Assembly: GCA_024277375.1 (NCBI GenBank)
Contig: JAJRVD010000025.1
Coordinates: forward strand, 19,846-83,845
DNA from: Candidatus Omnitrophota bacterium
GTDB lineage: Bacteria > Omnitrophota > Gorgyraeia > Tantalellales > Tantalellaceae
DNA length: 64,000 nucleotides
Direction of reading: 5' to 3'
Below the pieces are notes generated by a model, which was not told the origin of the DNA, searched no databases, and saw nothing but the letters and a program-made list of their open reading frames with translations. A program made the position numbers and the translations under genes. Below are positions 11,631 to 20,139 of the stretch, in pieces (position 1 is the first letter of the stretch; every line of letters begins with the position of its first letter).

Positions 11631-11749
11631 TTAGGCTCCTTTCACATGAATAATCCGAAAAATAAGAAATATAACTATACCACTATGCGTTACGTTTTTC
11701 AATAGATTTTGACGCTATAGTTCGCCAATCTGCCTCAATTTCTCGTCAT

Positions 11750-11888
11750 TCAGACTGTGTCATACCGTAGGGGCTTGATTCAACACCGTAGGGGCTTGAT
11801 TCATCAAGCCCGTTATATCGGGTTCGATAAATCGAACCCCTACTTCGACTCGGTCTCGTCTCACTCGCTTCGCTCGTTCGCCCAGGAT
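11750..11888 (+). repeat. MITE-like element, family A, copy 3 (internal partial duplication, composite with tail module)
   Basis: GTAGGGGCTTGATTCA duplicated; the core is followed by a type-2 tail (...CGCTTCGCTCGTTCGCCCAGGATGAC); lies between hpf and lptB. Confidence 0.75.
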
Positions 11889-11946
11889 GACGTTACATTA
11901 TACAACTTACGTTCACTTCGTTCCGTAAGTTGTATAATGTAACGTC
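11889..11946 (-). terminator. type-5 long perfect hairpin (23-bp stem, loop TTCACTTCGTTC) at the lptB 3' end; candidate terminator or RNA-stability element
   Basis: GACGTTACATTATACAACTTACG-TTCACTTCGTTC-CGTAAGTTGTATAATGTAACGTC; overlaps the lptB TGA; no U-tract follows. Confidence 0.5.
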
Positions 11947-12667
11947 ACAAGCTAAATCTTTCCCCAAGGTATATCTCCCGGGCTTTAGGATCATTAATCA
12001 GTTCTTCCTTGGTTCCCGAGATGAGAATACGCCCTTCATACATGATGTATGACCTGTTCGTAATAGAAAGAGTTTCCCTCACATTATGATCCGTAAGAAG
12101 GATCCCCAGACCCATTTCTTTCAATTCACGTATAACTTCCTGGCAATCAAATACAGCTATAGGATCGATCCCGCTAAAAGGTTCATCCAATAAAATAAAC
12201 ATGGGGTTCGTAACCAGAGTTCTTGTGATCTCAAGCCTTCTTCTTTCTCCCCCTGAAAGTGTATACGCTTTATTTTTCCTGAGATGCGATATTTTCAACT
12301 GATCAAGCAACCTATCCAACTGGCTTTTCCTTTCCTTGCGGGGAAACCCCAATGTTTCCATGATCGCCATAATGTTTTCCTCAACCGTAAGTTTGCGAAA
12401 AATAGACGGCTCTTGTGACAGGTACCCTATCCCTGATCGCGCGCGTTGATGTATAGGCAGTTTCGTGATATCTTTCTGGTCAAAAATAACGTGTCCTCTA
12501 TCCGGTTTTATAATACCCGTAACCATGTAAAACGTTGTTGTCTTTCCGGCTCCGTTAGGGCCTAAAAGCCCTACCACCTCGCCTCTTCGAACATTTATGC
12601 TCACGCCTTTAACGACTCTTCTGCCGCCATATTGTTTGATTAGGTCTCTCGTCTCCAAAAGATGCAT
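11945..12667 (-). CDS. lptB: LPS export ABC transporter ATP-binding protein
   Basis: 240 aa; Walker A GPNGAGKTT, ABC signature LSGGERRR, Walker B ILLDEP; follows lptA/C; TGA stop. Confidence 0.93.
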   Translation of the reverse strand: MHLLETRDLIKQYGGRRVVKGVSINVRRGEVVGLLGPNGAGKTTTFYMVTGIIKPDRGHVIFDQKDITKLPIHQRARSGIGYLSQEPSIFRKLTVEENIMAIMETLGFPRKERKSQLDRLLDQLKISHLRKNKAYTLSGGERRRLEITRTLVTNPMFILLDEPFSGIDPIAVFDCQEVIRELKEMGLGILLTDHNVRETLSITNRSYIMYEGRILISGTKEELINDPKAREIYLGERFSL

Positions 12668-12678
12668 ATTTCTCCTTA

Positions 12679-13554
12679 TTATTGTCCCGCTATATCCGTT
12701 CCCTGAAACTCCTGAAGCTGTTCGGGCGCGATGATCACCCGGGGCTTACCTATGAGTTTAGCGCTTTTTGTGCTTTCGGTGTATATGGCCTTTTCACTGA
12801 TTGTATAGCTGTCGCCGCGCTTCACTTTTACATTGCCTTCCGCTTCGACTCTGGCAAGTTTCTGTGTTTCCCTATCAAAATAGACAACAAGTTTATCAGC
12901 GAACATCTGGCCATCTTTATCTGTTACCTTTACGTTTTCAAGAAAGACAGCCGTATTATCATCGTACCTGACTTCCATAGAACCGTCACACGTCACTATG
13001 GTGTTGGGCTCTATCACAACTTCAACATTTTGTTTTAATACTGCCCACTTCTCCTCGGAGTTCGCTACAGCACCGATACCAATCGCGACCATGCCTTCGC
13101 GTTCTACGCGCACTTTATCGGCAGTTGAGATCTCCTTGGTCAGCTGAGACCACTTGGCACTTTCAGTTATCAACACAGCCCCATCATCTGAAACAACCTC
13201 AACATTACCGATAAGCTCAACCTCTCCCTTTTCTTTACGGTAAATACCCTTGTCTGAAGTAAGATCGATCTTAGAATCATCTCCATAAGCCACTGCCTTC
13301 AGATCGTTCAGATATATGTCATCCCCTATAATTTCGGCTGAATTCCCCTCGAGATGCCACTGTTTTGCCCCCTTGGGACTTCGTCCGTCAATGACAAATG
13401 ACAACACCTTCTGCTCCAGGTCAGATCCGACTGCCGCGGAATCCCTCATAAGTGCTATTTCCGGAACACTCTGCCGGCCATATCGCACCTGATGGCTCCA
13501 CATCGCGGCCGCTATAGACGCTATTAACATTAACCATAAAAATCCTCTTCCCAT
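12679..13554 (-). CDS. lptA: LPS transport periplasmic protein, LptC-like N-terminal anchor fused to LptA/OstA-like domain
   Basis: 291 aa; N-terminal TM segment; two OstA-like beta-jellyroll regions; immediately upstream of lptB. Confidence 0.7.
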   Translation of the reverse strand: MGRGFLWLMLIASIAAAMWSHQVRYGRQSVPEIALMRDSAAVGSDLEQKVLSFVIDGRSPKGAKQWHLEGNSAEIIGDDIYLNDLKAVAYGDDSKIDLTSDKGIYRKEKGEVELIGNVEVVSDDGAVLITESAKWSQLTKEISTADKVRVEREGMVAIGIGAVANSEEKWAVLKQNVEVVIEPNTIVTCDGSMEVRYDDNTAVFLENVKVTDKDGQMFADKLVVYFDRETQKLARVEAEGNVKVKRGDSYTISEKAIYTESTKSAKLIGKPRVIIAPEQLQEFQGTDIAGQ

Positions 13555-13555
13555 G

Positions 13556-14446
13556 TTATACCTTTTTTGTTTTCCACCTATTGTGAATCCATACCCACTG
13601 GTCCGGATATTCTTTTACGTATCTTTCGAGAACATCCGTCCATTCCTGCGTATACTTTCTTACATTGTCTTCCTTGTCGCCTTCCCGCGACAAAACAATA
13701 GGTTTTTCTACGACAAATTTATACGTATTATCGGCCTTACGTATCATAAACGCCGGAAGGATATCAACGCCGGCAATCATCCCTATCTTAACCGGACCCG
13801 TAGGCGTATACGCGTCTTTGCCGAAAAATTTTACAAATACACCTTCCACGCTCTCAACATCCTGATCGGCTAACATCCCTAAGATCTGACCATCCTTAAG
13901 AGCTCTGAACATCTTTTTCGGGCTTTCATCCCTATACACAAGGTTAGCGCCAAAACGTTTACGTATACCAACGATCATTTGATCGTACTTATGAAAATAT
14001 ATCCTTTTCGCGATTATTGTTCCTCTATACCCCATCGAATGTGTATACGCGGACAACAGCTCCCAGTTCCCGAAATGAGAGACCATAACAATGACACCCT
14101 TACCTCCTTCCAATGCTCTATCCAGGTTCTCAAGGCCGCTCGTCTCTGTCACAAGACCGATCACATCTTTTTTGTCCATAGACATTAGCTTTAACCAATC
14201 CACACCGATCATGGCCATGTTCCTGAACACATCTCTTGCCAGCTTGACGTTTTCTTCGTGGCGGCCTTCAAAAACACTGTCTAAATTGGATATCGCGATA
14301 TTTCGATACTTTCCCAACAGCATAAACGCGGCTTTCCCTAAAAGATCAGCTATGAACAAACTGATGTTTCTTGGTATCAGCCGCGAGATGTAAAGAAACA
14401 ATTTTAACGCGTAATAGATGTAATACCGTCTGGTCTTGATCTTCAT
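13556..14446 (-). CDS. lpxL: lipid A biosynthesis lauroyl/myristoyl acyltransferase (LpxL/HtrB family)
   Basis: 296 aa; lysophospholipid acyltransferase fold with the HFGNWE motif and C-terminal WIHNRWK typical of LpxL/LpxM. Confidence 0.85.
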   Translation of the reverse strand: MKIKTRRYYIYYALKLFLYISRLIPRNISLFIADLLGKAAFMLLGKYRNIAISNLDSVFEGRHEENVKLARDVFRNMAMIGVDWLKLMSMDKKDVIGLVTETSGLENLDRALEGGKGVIVMVSHFGNWELLSAYTHSMGYRGTIIAKRIYFHKYDQMIVGIRKRFGANLVYRDESPKKMFRALKDGQILGMLADQDVESVEGVFVKFFGKDAYTPTGPVKIGMIAGVDILPAFMIRKADNTYKFVVEKPIVLSREGDKEDNVRKYTQEWTDVLERYVKEYPDQWVWIHNRWKTKKV

Positions 14447-14835
14447 CTTGTATATTCCGCTTCTACCGTCGTTGTTATCCCACCACGGACATTAAACACG
14501 CCGGTCACTTTCATCATACGAGGTTCAACGGCTTTAACCAAGTCCTCAAGCAGTCTATTGACCACATGTTCGTGAAAAATGCCACAACTTCTGTAAGCAA
14601 CAAGATATTCCTTAAAAGACTTAAGCTCAATACAATTTTTGTCAGGCGAATATTCTATAAAAATACGCGCGAAGTCAGGCAATCCCGTCTTAGGACATAT
14701 ACAACTGAATTCCCCGGTATCAAATTTAATGAGGTATTCTTTGTCCTGATATTTGTTTTCCCAAACCTCTATTTCGGGAAGTTCTAATCCCCTTACGTCT
14801 TCCTGCAAACTCTCATAACTCGACTTATTGTCCAT
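14443..14835 (-). CDS. queF: NADPH-dependent 7-cyano-7-deazaguanine reductase
   Basis: YkvM-type QueF homology (CPxTGxPDFA, E...HE motifs). Start placed at the internal ATG (MDNKSSYE) because the upstream MTKKKKGTG codons run into the MITE end; the ORF-track start is 14862. Confidence 0.85.
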   Translation of the reverse strand: MDNKSSYESLQEDVRGLELPEIEVWENKYQDKEYLIKFDTGEFSCICPKTGLPDFARIFIEYSPDKNCIELKSFKEYLVAYRSCGIFHEHVVNRLLEDLVKAVEPRMMKVTGVFNVRGGITTTVEAEYTR

Positions 14836-14854
14836 TCCTGTTCCTTTTTTCTTC

Positions 14855-15035
14855 TTCGTCATTCAGGCTGTGTCATAATGTACGGGCTTGATTCATCAAG
14901 CCCGTTATATCGGGTTCGATAAATCGAACCCCTACCGTATATAGTATGCGGCCACCCGCAAAACGAACTACGATACAGCCTGATTGCGCGGGAGCACAGC
15001 AACCGAAGCCATCTCTACATAAGATCCTTCGACCA
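14855..15035 (+). repeat. MITE-like element, family A, copy 4 with right-arm extension
   Basis: Core plus arms; right extension GAGCACAGCAACCGAAGCCATCTCTACATAAGATCCTTCGAC; lies between queF and queE. Confidence 0.8.
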
Positions 15036-15036
15036 T

Positions 15037-15067
15037 GCAACTTACGTCACTTCGTTCCGTAAGTTGC
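15037..15067 (-). terminator. type-5 hairpin (same loop and stem core as 11889-11946) at the queE 3' end
   Basis: GCAACTTACG-TCACTTCGTTC-CGTAAGTTGC, 9 nt after the queE stop. Confidence 0.5.
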
Positions 15068-15075
15068 GGTCTCAC

Positions 15076-15762
15076 TTACCTTATCCCCAAATACTTATGC
15101 ATCTGCCCGAGTATGGTAACATTCTTGCACGTCTCATTTTCCAGAAACTTCTTAAAATACGAGAGCATCTCTTCATCCGGAGCGGCGATATCAGCGACAG
15201 GTGTTACCGGCTGCAAAATGATGGAAAAGTCATTCTCCACCTCTCTGAGCACACATGGTATATGTTTAATGTCGTCCATCACGGTAGTATCCGTTACTAT
15301 AGCCTTAATTATCAACTCTTTTCGACCGGCGATACGGACGAATTTTTCATGCCGAGGCCAAAGATCTTCCGCGCATCCTGTGGAGGAAGGCAATTTCAGA
15401 TCCATCGCCACTATATCCACATAATCTATTACTTCGCTAAGCGCGTCGGGAAGCGTCCCGTTTGTTTCCAGATAGACCCTGTGTTTTCGGTGTTTTCTAA
15501 AAAAAGGTAAAAATCCTTTAAGGAATTCCGCATAAAGCAAAGGCTCGCCGCCGGTAAGAACCAGCTCATTATAATTATCGCCAAAGTCCAGAACGTTCCC
15601 CAATAACGTTTCGGCGGAAAACGATTTATAGCTCTCAAGAGTTGTATCACAAAAATCGCAGCTAAGATTACATTCAAAAAAACGCAAAAACAACTGGCGG
15701 CTCCCCGCGAAAGGACCCTCACCTTGATGTGATAAAAATATTTCTGAAACTTTTGCCTGCAT
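15076..15762 (-). CDS. queE: 7-carboxy-7-deazaguanine synthase (radical SAM)
   Basis: QueE homology including the CxxxCxxC-like cluster CNLSCDFCDT. Start at the internal ATG (MQAKVSEIF), which avoids overlap with queC; the ORF track extends to 15909. Confidence 0.88.
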   Translation of the reverse strand: MQAKVSEIFLSHQGEGPFAGSRQLFLRFFECNLSCDFCDTTLESYKSFSAETLLGNVLDFGDNYNELVLTGGEPLLYAEFLKGFLPFFRKHRKHRVYLETNGTLPDALSEVIDYVDIVAMDLKLPSSTGCAEDLWPRHEKFVRIAGRKELIIKAIVTDTTVMDDIKHIPCVLREVENDFSIILQPVTPVADIAAPDEEMLSYFKKFLENETCKNVTILGQMHKYLGIR

Positions 15763-15772
15763 AATGCTCCGG

Positions 15773-16441
15773 TTATAGGTTTTTAGCTGTAAGCGGATCC
15801 TCAATTCCCGCCTCACCAAACGCTTTCGAGCGAAGAAGACAAGATTCGCATATTCCGCAAGGCTTATCGCCATCAATATAACATGACCACGTATTCCCGA
15901 AAGGAACACCCAGGTTAGATCCTATTTCAATTATTTCTTTCTTCGTCTTGTTTATGATCGGGGTTTCTATCTTTATCCCGCGCCCCCGGGTACCTTTTTT
16001 AGTCCCCCTGCGAACTGACTCCTGAAAACTTTCAAAAAATTCACCCCGACAATCGGGATAATTAGAATAGTCCAGCTGATGCGCCCCGATGAACACGGCA
16101 TCCGCGTCAATAGCCTCCGCGAACGACGTCCCAAAACTCAACATTATAATGTTCCGGGACGGAACGTATGTAGCCGGGATCGCGCCCCCGGCGCTGGCGG
16201 AACCTTCAGGAACAGCCTCCGCTTCGTCCAACAAAGCGCTTCCCTTCCACGGCAACGATATCTCTAACACATAAAACGGGGCTTTTGAGACCTCGGCGAT
16301 TTTTTTAGCGCATTTGATCTCACTTGCGGCTTTTTGCCCATAATCGAATATCAGACAATGACATTCATAGGTTTCTTTTGCCATATAAAGTGTAACCGCC
16401 GAATCCATCCCCCCGGATAATAATACGATAGCTTTTTTCAT
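15773..16441 (-). CDS. queC: 7-cyano-7-deazaguanine synthase
   Basis: 222 aa; PP-loop LLSGGMDS; C-terminal zinc-binding CxxC...CxxC cysteines. Confidence 0.95.
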   Translation of the reverse strand: MKKAIVLLSGGMDSAVTLYMAKETYECHCLIFDYGQKAASEIKCAKKIAEVSKAPFYVLEISLPWKGSALLDEAEAVPEGSASAGGAIPATYVPSRNIIMLSFGTSFAEAIDADAVFIGAHQLDYSNYPDCRGEFFESFQESVRRGTKKGTRGRGIKIETPIINKTKKEIIEIGSNLGVPFGNTWSCYIDGDKPCGICESCLLRSKAFGEAGIEDPLTAKNL

Positions 16442-16476
16442 TAGCTCCTTACAAAAGAAATAAGATGCAAGATGAC

Positions 16477-16548
16477 GTAGGAGCCGCCTCCGGCGGCGAA
16501 TTGATGAATTGTTCGCGGCCCATCGCCGAAGGCGAGGCCGCTCCTACG
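16477..16548 (-). repeat. type-4 repeat (CCGTAGGAGCGGCC...CGCCGAAGGCG...GGGCCGCGAACAA)
   Basis: Long imperfect inverted repeat GTAGGAGCCGCCTCCGGCGGCG...CGCCGAAGGCGAGGCCGCTCCTAC between queC and queD; related copies are at 41611, 48466 and 61352. Confidence 0.7.
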
Positions 16549-16583
16549 AACTTTTCGCAAATGATCTTTACCTCTCTACTTCT

Positions 16584-16958
16584 TTATCTCTTGCTGTACG
16601 TCGCTGCCGACGAATCCGTTTCCCAAACCGTAACTTCCTTGATATTTATTCCGGACAGTTTTTCGGCTGCTCTCTCATATATAAACCGGGCTATATTCTC
16701 AGATGTCGGGTTAATTTCCTTAAAATCATCTAACTCATTCAAATATTTATGGTCTAACCTTTCTAAAATACCTTTCAAAATACCTTTTAGCTCGGTAAAA
16801 TCCGCCACCATACCCGTCTTATCAAGATCTTCGGAAGATGCCGAGAGCTCTACGTGCCAATTATGGCCGTGCAGTGCCTCACATTTACCTTTATACCCTC
16901 TCAGGTTATGTGCACTACTAAATCGTAATTTGACTTTAACTGTATACATATTATTCAA
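16584..16958 (-). CDS. queD: 6-carboxy-5,6,7,8-tetrahydropterin synthase
   Basis: 124 aa; PTPS fold with the zinc ligands HGHNW and the catalytic Cys/His/Glu pattern. Confidence 0.9.
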   Translation of the reverse strand: MNNMYTVKVKLRFSSAHNLRGYKGKCEALHGHNWHVELSASSEDLDKTGMVADFTELKGILKGILERLDHKYLNELDDFKEINPTSENIARFIYERAAEKLSGINIKEVTVWETDSSAATYSKR

Positions 16959-17487
16959 AGTAGCAGGCCATTATCTCGTCCCATATACCTTGGGCTTTCA
17001 TAAGAAGGTCACAAACCTCTCTTACCGCGCCGCGACCACCGTTTTTTTTGGTAAGAACGTGCGCGAACGGTTTAACATCATCCATAGCGTTAGGGGGACA
17101 TACCGCCAACCCCACTCTTTTCAAGACCGGAATATCTATGAGGTCATCTCCTACAAAACAGATCTCTTCATCATTGACTCTGAATTTTCTTTTGATCTTA
17201 TGTAACGCTTTGATCTTATAATGAAAATTATGGTAAACCTTGTCTATGCCCAGGTCTTTTGCGCGTTTAGTAACAACACGAGAACCTTTTGCTGTAAGTA
17301 TCACACATTTCATTTTGGAACGTTTTAAAAGTATTATGCCCAGCCCGTCGTTTACGTCAAAATTCTTTATCTCGTCCCCATAATTCCCATATATAATTCT
17401 GCCGTCGGTAAGCACTCCATCAACATCAAGAACAAGAACCTTTATTTTTTTTGCTCGCTCTAAAATTTCCAGTGGATATTCAGTCAT
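16951..17487 (-). CDS. kdsC: 3-deoxy-D-manno-octulosonate 8-phosphate phosphatase
   Basis: HAD-IIIA family (DVDGVLTDG, GDD motifs). Start at ATG 17485-17487 with an AAGGAA RBS; the ORF-track start at 17523 lies inside a palindromic repeat. Confidence 0.85.
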   Translation of the reverse strand: MTEYPLEILERAKKIKVLVLDVDGVLTDGRIIYGNYGDEIKNFDVNDGLGIILLKRSKMKCVILTAKGSRVVTKRAKDLGIDKVYHNFHYKIKALHKIKRKFRVNDEEICFVGDDLIDIPVLKRVGLAVCPPNAMDDVKPFAHVLTKKNGGRGAVREVCDLLMKAQGIWDEIMACYFE

Positions 17488-17513
17488 ATTATTCCTTTCT
17501 TGTTTTTTATGTT

Positions 17514-17541
17514 GTAGAGGCACGGCATGCCGCGCCCCTAC
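17514..17541. repeat. REP-like palindrome type 3a (GTAGRGGCACGGCATGCCGYGCCCCTAC)
   Basis: 28-bp near-perfect palindrome between kdsD and kdsC; shares GTAGGGG/CCCCTAC ends with the MITE core. Confidence 0.75.
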
Positions 17542-17544
17542 AGC

Positions 17545-18516
17545 CTAGACCAATCCCGCTTTAAGAATATCCTGAACGTCAAGCAATCCTGCCGGTTTTC
17601 CTTTTTTATCCACAACGGGAATTTCATCAATATTTTTATCTCTAAGAACCTCAAAAGCTTCAGCAGCCAAACGTTCACCGGTGATCGACACGGGATTTTT
17701 CGTCATAACATCTTTGACCTTTTCATCCATAAAGGCCGCGCCTTTCTCAAAATGTCTTCTGAGGTCGCCGTCAGTGAATATACCGATCAATTTACCCTTA
17801 TCATCCACAACGCTTGCGCTGCCCGCGCGCATTTTTGTTATCTTAAGAAGAACATCCTTTATCCTGACATTCTGTTTTACGATCGCTGTTTTGGATTTTG
17901 GACGCATAATATCTTCAACTCGGAGCAACAGTCGTTTCCCCAACGCGCCACCGGGATGGAACAAAGCGAAATCTTTAGGTTGAAATTTCTTCTTTTCAAG
18001 AAGAGCGACAGCCAAAGCATCACCTAACGCCAGCATAGCGGTCGTGGATGTTGTCGGAGCAAGACCCAGTGGACAAGCTTCCTCGGCCACTGAACTATCA
18101 ATAACATAATCGCTATTAATCGCGAGGATAGATTTCTTATTGCCTGTAATCGCGATAAGTTTGGCACCTATCTTCTTAATGATCGGCAACAACTTAATGA
18201 CTTCTTCTGTCTCCCCGCTATTGGAAAAAGCGACAATAGCATCCCGGGATGTAACTCTGCCCAAGTCTCCGTGAAGAGCCTCGGCCGGATGCAAATAGAG
18301 CGATGGAGTCCCAGTCGAAGACATTGTCGCTGAAACCTTCTGCGCGATAAAGCCGGGTTTTCCCATGCCGGTCACTATAATGCGTCCGGTGGTTTCAGAC
18401 AACAGGTTCACTATTTTCTCAAAAGTACCATCGATCCTGTTCGCGAGAACGGCTATTGCTTTACTTTCATTAAGCAGTACCCTTTTAGCTCTTACTTTAG
18501 CGCTCAAAGACTTCAT
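17545..18516 (-). CDS. kdsD: arabinose-5-phosphate isomerase
   Basis: 323 aa; SIS domain plus tandem CBS domains, as in KdsD/KpsF. Confidence 0.9.
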   Translation of the reverse strand: MKSLSAKVRAKRVLLNESKAIAVLANRIDGTFEKIVNLLSETTGRIIVTGMGKPGFIAQKVSATMSSTGTPSLYLHPAEALHGDLGRVTSRDAIVAFSNSGETEEVIKLLPIIKKIGAKLIAITGNKKSILAINSDYVIDSSVAEEACPLGLAPTTSTTAMLALGDALAVALLEKKKFQPKDFALFHPGGALGKRLLLRVEDIMRPKSKTAIVKQNVRIKDVLLKITKMRAGSASVVDDKGKLIGIFTDGDLRRHFEKGAAFMDEKVKDVMTKNPVSITGERLAAEAFEVLRDKNIDEIPVVDKKGKPAGLLDVQDILKAGLV

Positions 18517-19340
18517 AATTCTCTTACCGCCTTCTCTACCTTTTTAACTTCCTTAAGAAAATTTTCGAGATCACTTAACTTTAACATATTCGGCCCATCA
18601 CTCTTGGCAATATCAGGATCTTCATGTACTTCTATAAAAAGCGCGTCGCATCCGACAGCTACAGCCGCCTTAGACAAGGGTAATACGTACCGTGATTCAC
18701 CGTCCGAGACAGTTCCCTTGCCTCCCGGCATCTGCACCGAATGGGTGGCATCATAAACCACCGGATACCCCGTCTCGCCCATTATGACCATCCCTCTGAA
18801 ATCATTAATGAGCATATTATATCCGAATGTGGTTCCTCTTTCCGTAAGCAATATATTCTCATTGCCGGATGAGACGATCTTAGAAACAACGTTATCCATT
18901 TCCTTTGGCGACATGAATTGCCCTTTTTTCACGTTAACGACCTTTCCGGTAGCTGCCGCCGCTAAGAGCAGATCCGTCTGTCTGCATAAAAACGCGGGAA
19001 TCTGTATTATGTCCAGAATTTCCGCGGCCGGACTTACTTCGCTCGTACAATGCACATCACTTACAACGGGTACACCTAGCTCATCCCTGATAGTTTTAAG
19101 TATCTCGAGTCCTTTTTCCAATCCCGGCCCCCGGAAAGATTCTTTAGAACTCCTATTCGCTTTGTCATAGCTGGATTTAAAAATGAAAGGTATTTCCATT
19201 TTATCTGCAATTTCTTTTATGTTTTTGGCATGCTCAAGCGCGCTCTCTCTCGACTCAATAACACATGGCCCGGCCATCAGAACAAGCGGGTTTCCGGCAC
19301 CTATTGTTATCTTCCCGACTTTCACGATTTTATTCTTCAT
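18513..19340 (-). CDS. kdsA: 3-deoxy-8-phosphooctulonate synthase (KDO8P synthase)
   Basis: KdsA homology (GPCVIES, DVHxxxQ). Start at MKNKIVKV (ATG 19338-19340), downstream of the kdsB stop. Confidence 0.93.
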   Translation of the reverse strand: MKNKIVKVGKITIGAGNPLVLMAGPCVIESRESALEHAKNIKEIADKMEIPFIFKSSYDKANRSSKESFRGPGLEKGLEILKTIRDELGVPVVSDVHCTSEVSPAAEILDIIQIPAFLCRQTDLLLAAAATGKVVNVKKGQFMSPKEMDNVVSKIVSSGNENILLTERGTTFGYNMLINDFRGMVIMGETGYPVVYDATHSVQMPGGKGTVSDGESRYVLPLSKAAVAVGCDALFIEVHEDPDIAKSDGPNMLKLSDLENFLKEVKKVEKAVREL

Positions 19341-19353
19341 GGTTTTCACTCTT

Positions 19354-20139
19354 TCAATTGACCTTTTGCGGTTCGCTTTCTCCATTCAATATAGCTTTTA
19401 CTTTTTCCAAGTCATCCGGGGTGTCGACCCCTATCGTATCGTATCTTGTTTCAATGGTCCTTATCTTGTATCCATGCTCGAGAACTCGCAACTGTTCTAA
19501 TTTTTCTTCATCCTCAAGCGTAGACTTAGGAAGGTTAGTAAAGACTCTCAGAAAATCCTTCGTATACGCGTACAACCCGATATGTTTAAAATACCTGGCA
19601 CTGGCATCATCGAGTTCCTCCCCACTTGAGATCGTCTCTTCCCCATCTCTTCTTAAATACGGGATCGGACTTCTCGAAAAATATAGCGCGAACCCTTTCC
19701 TGTCCACAACCACTTTCACAATATTAGGATTAGCTATTTCTTCTTTTTCATGTATCCTTTTTATTAGTGTCGCCATCTGTACATTTTTTTCATATTCAAA
19801 AACTTGCGCTAATTCGTCTATCATTGAAGGCTGCACCAATGGTTCGTCAGCCTGAATATTTATAACCACATCCACATCCACATCTTTAACAGCTTCCGCT
19901 AACCTATCGGTTCCCGAAGGATGTTCGGGAGAAGTCATAACCGCCCTGCCGCCAAAAGATTCAACCGCCTTAAAAACTCGTTCTTTGTCTACCGCTACGA
20001 TCACATCATCAATATTCTGAGCCTGTTTGACTCTTTCCCATACATACTGGACCATGGATTTACCGTTTATGTCCGCCAACACCTTTCCTTTGAATCTGGT
20101 AGATTGCCATCTGGCGGGGATTACCGCGAGAACTTTCAT
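19354..20139 (-). CDS. kdsB: 3-deoxy-manno-octulosonate cytidylyltransferase (CMP-KDO synthetase)
   Basis: 261 aa; VIPARWQSTRFKGK nucleotidyltransferase motif. Confidence 0.95.
   Translation of the reverse strand: MKVLAVIPARWQSTRFKGKVLADINGKSMVQYVWERVKQAQNIDDVIVAVDKERVFKAVESFGGRAVMTSPEHPSGTDRLAEAVKDVDVDVVINIQADEPLVQPSMIDELAQVFEYEKNVQMATLIKRIHEKEEIANPNIVKVVVDRKGFALYFSRSPIPYLRRDGEETISSGEELDDASARYFKHIGLYAYTKDFLRVFTNLPKSTLEDEEKLEQLRVLEHGYKIRTIETRYDTIGVDTPDDLEKVKAILNGESEPQKVN

Noticed and set aside
15763-15909. ORF-track N-terminal extensions (queE to 15909, pfkA to 61396, ilvB to 48511, macro-domain gene to 23562, heptose kinase gene to 21203, alr to 56705, kdsC to 17523, queF to 14862)
   Set aside because: The extensions read through intergenic repeats or overlap the upstream gene, and in each case an internal ATG with an RBS matches the conserved protein N-terminus. 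The starts were trimmed accordingly
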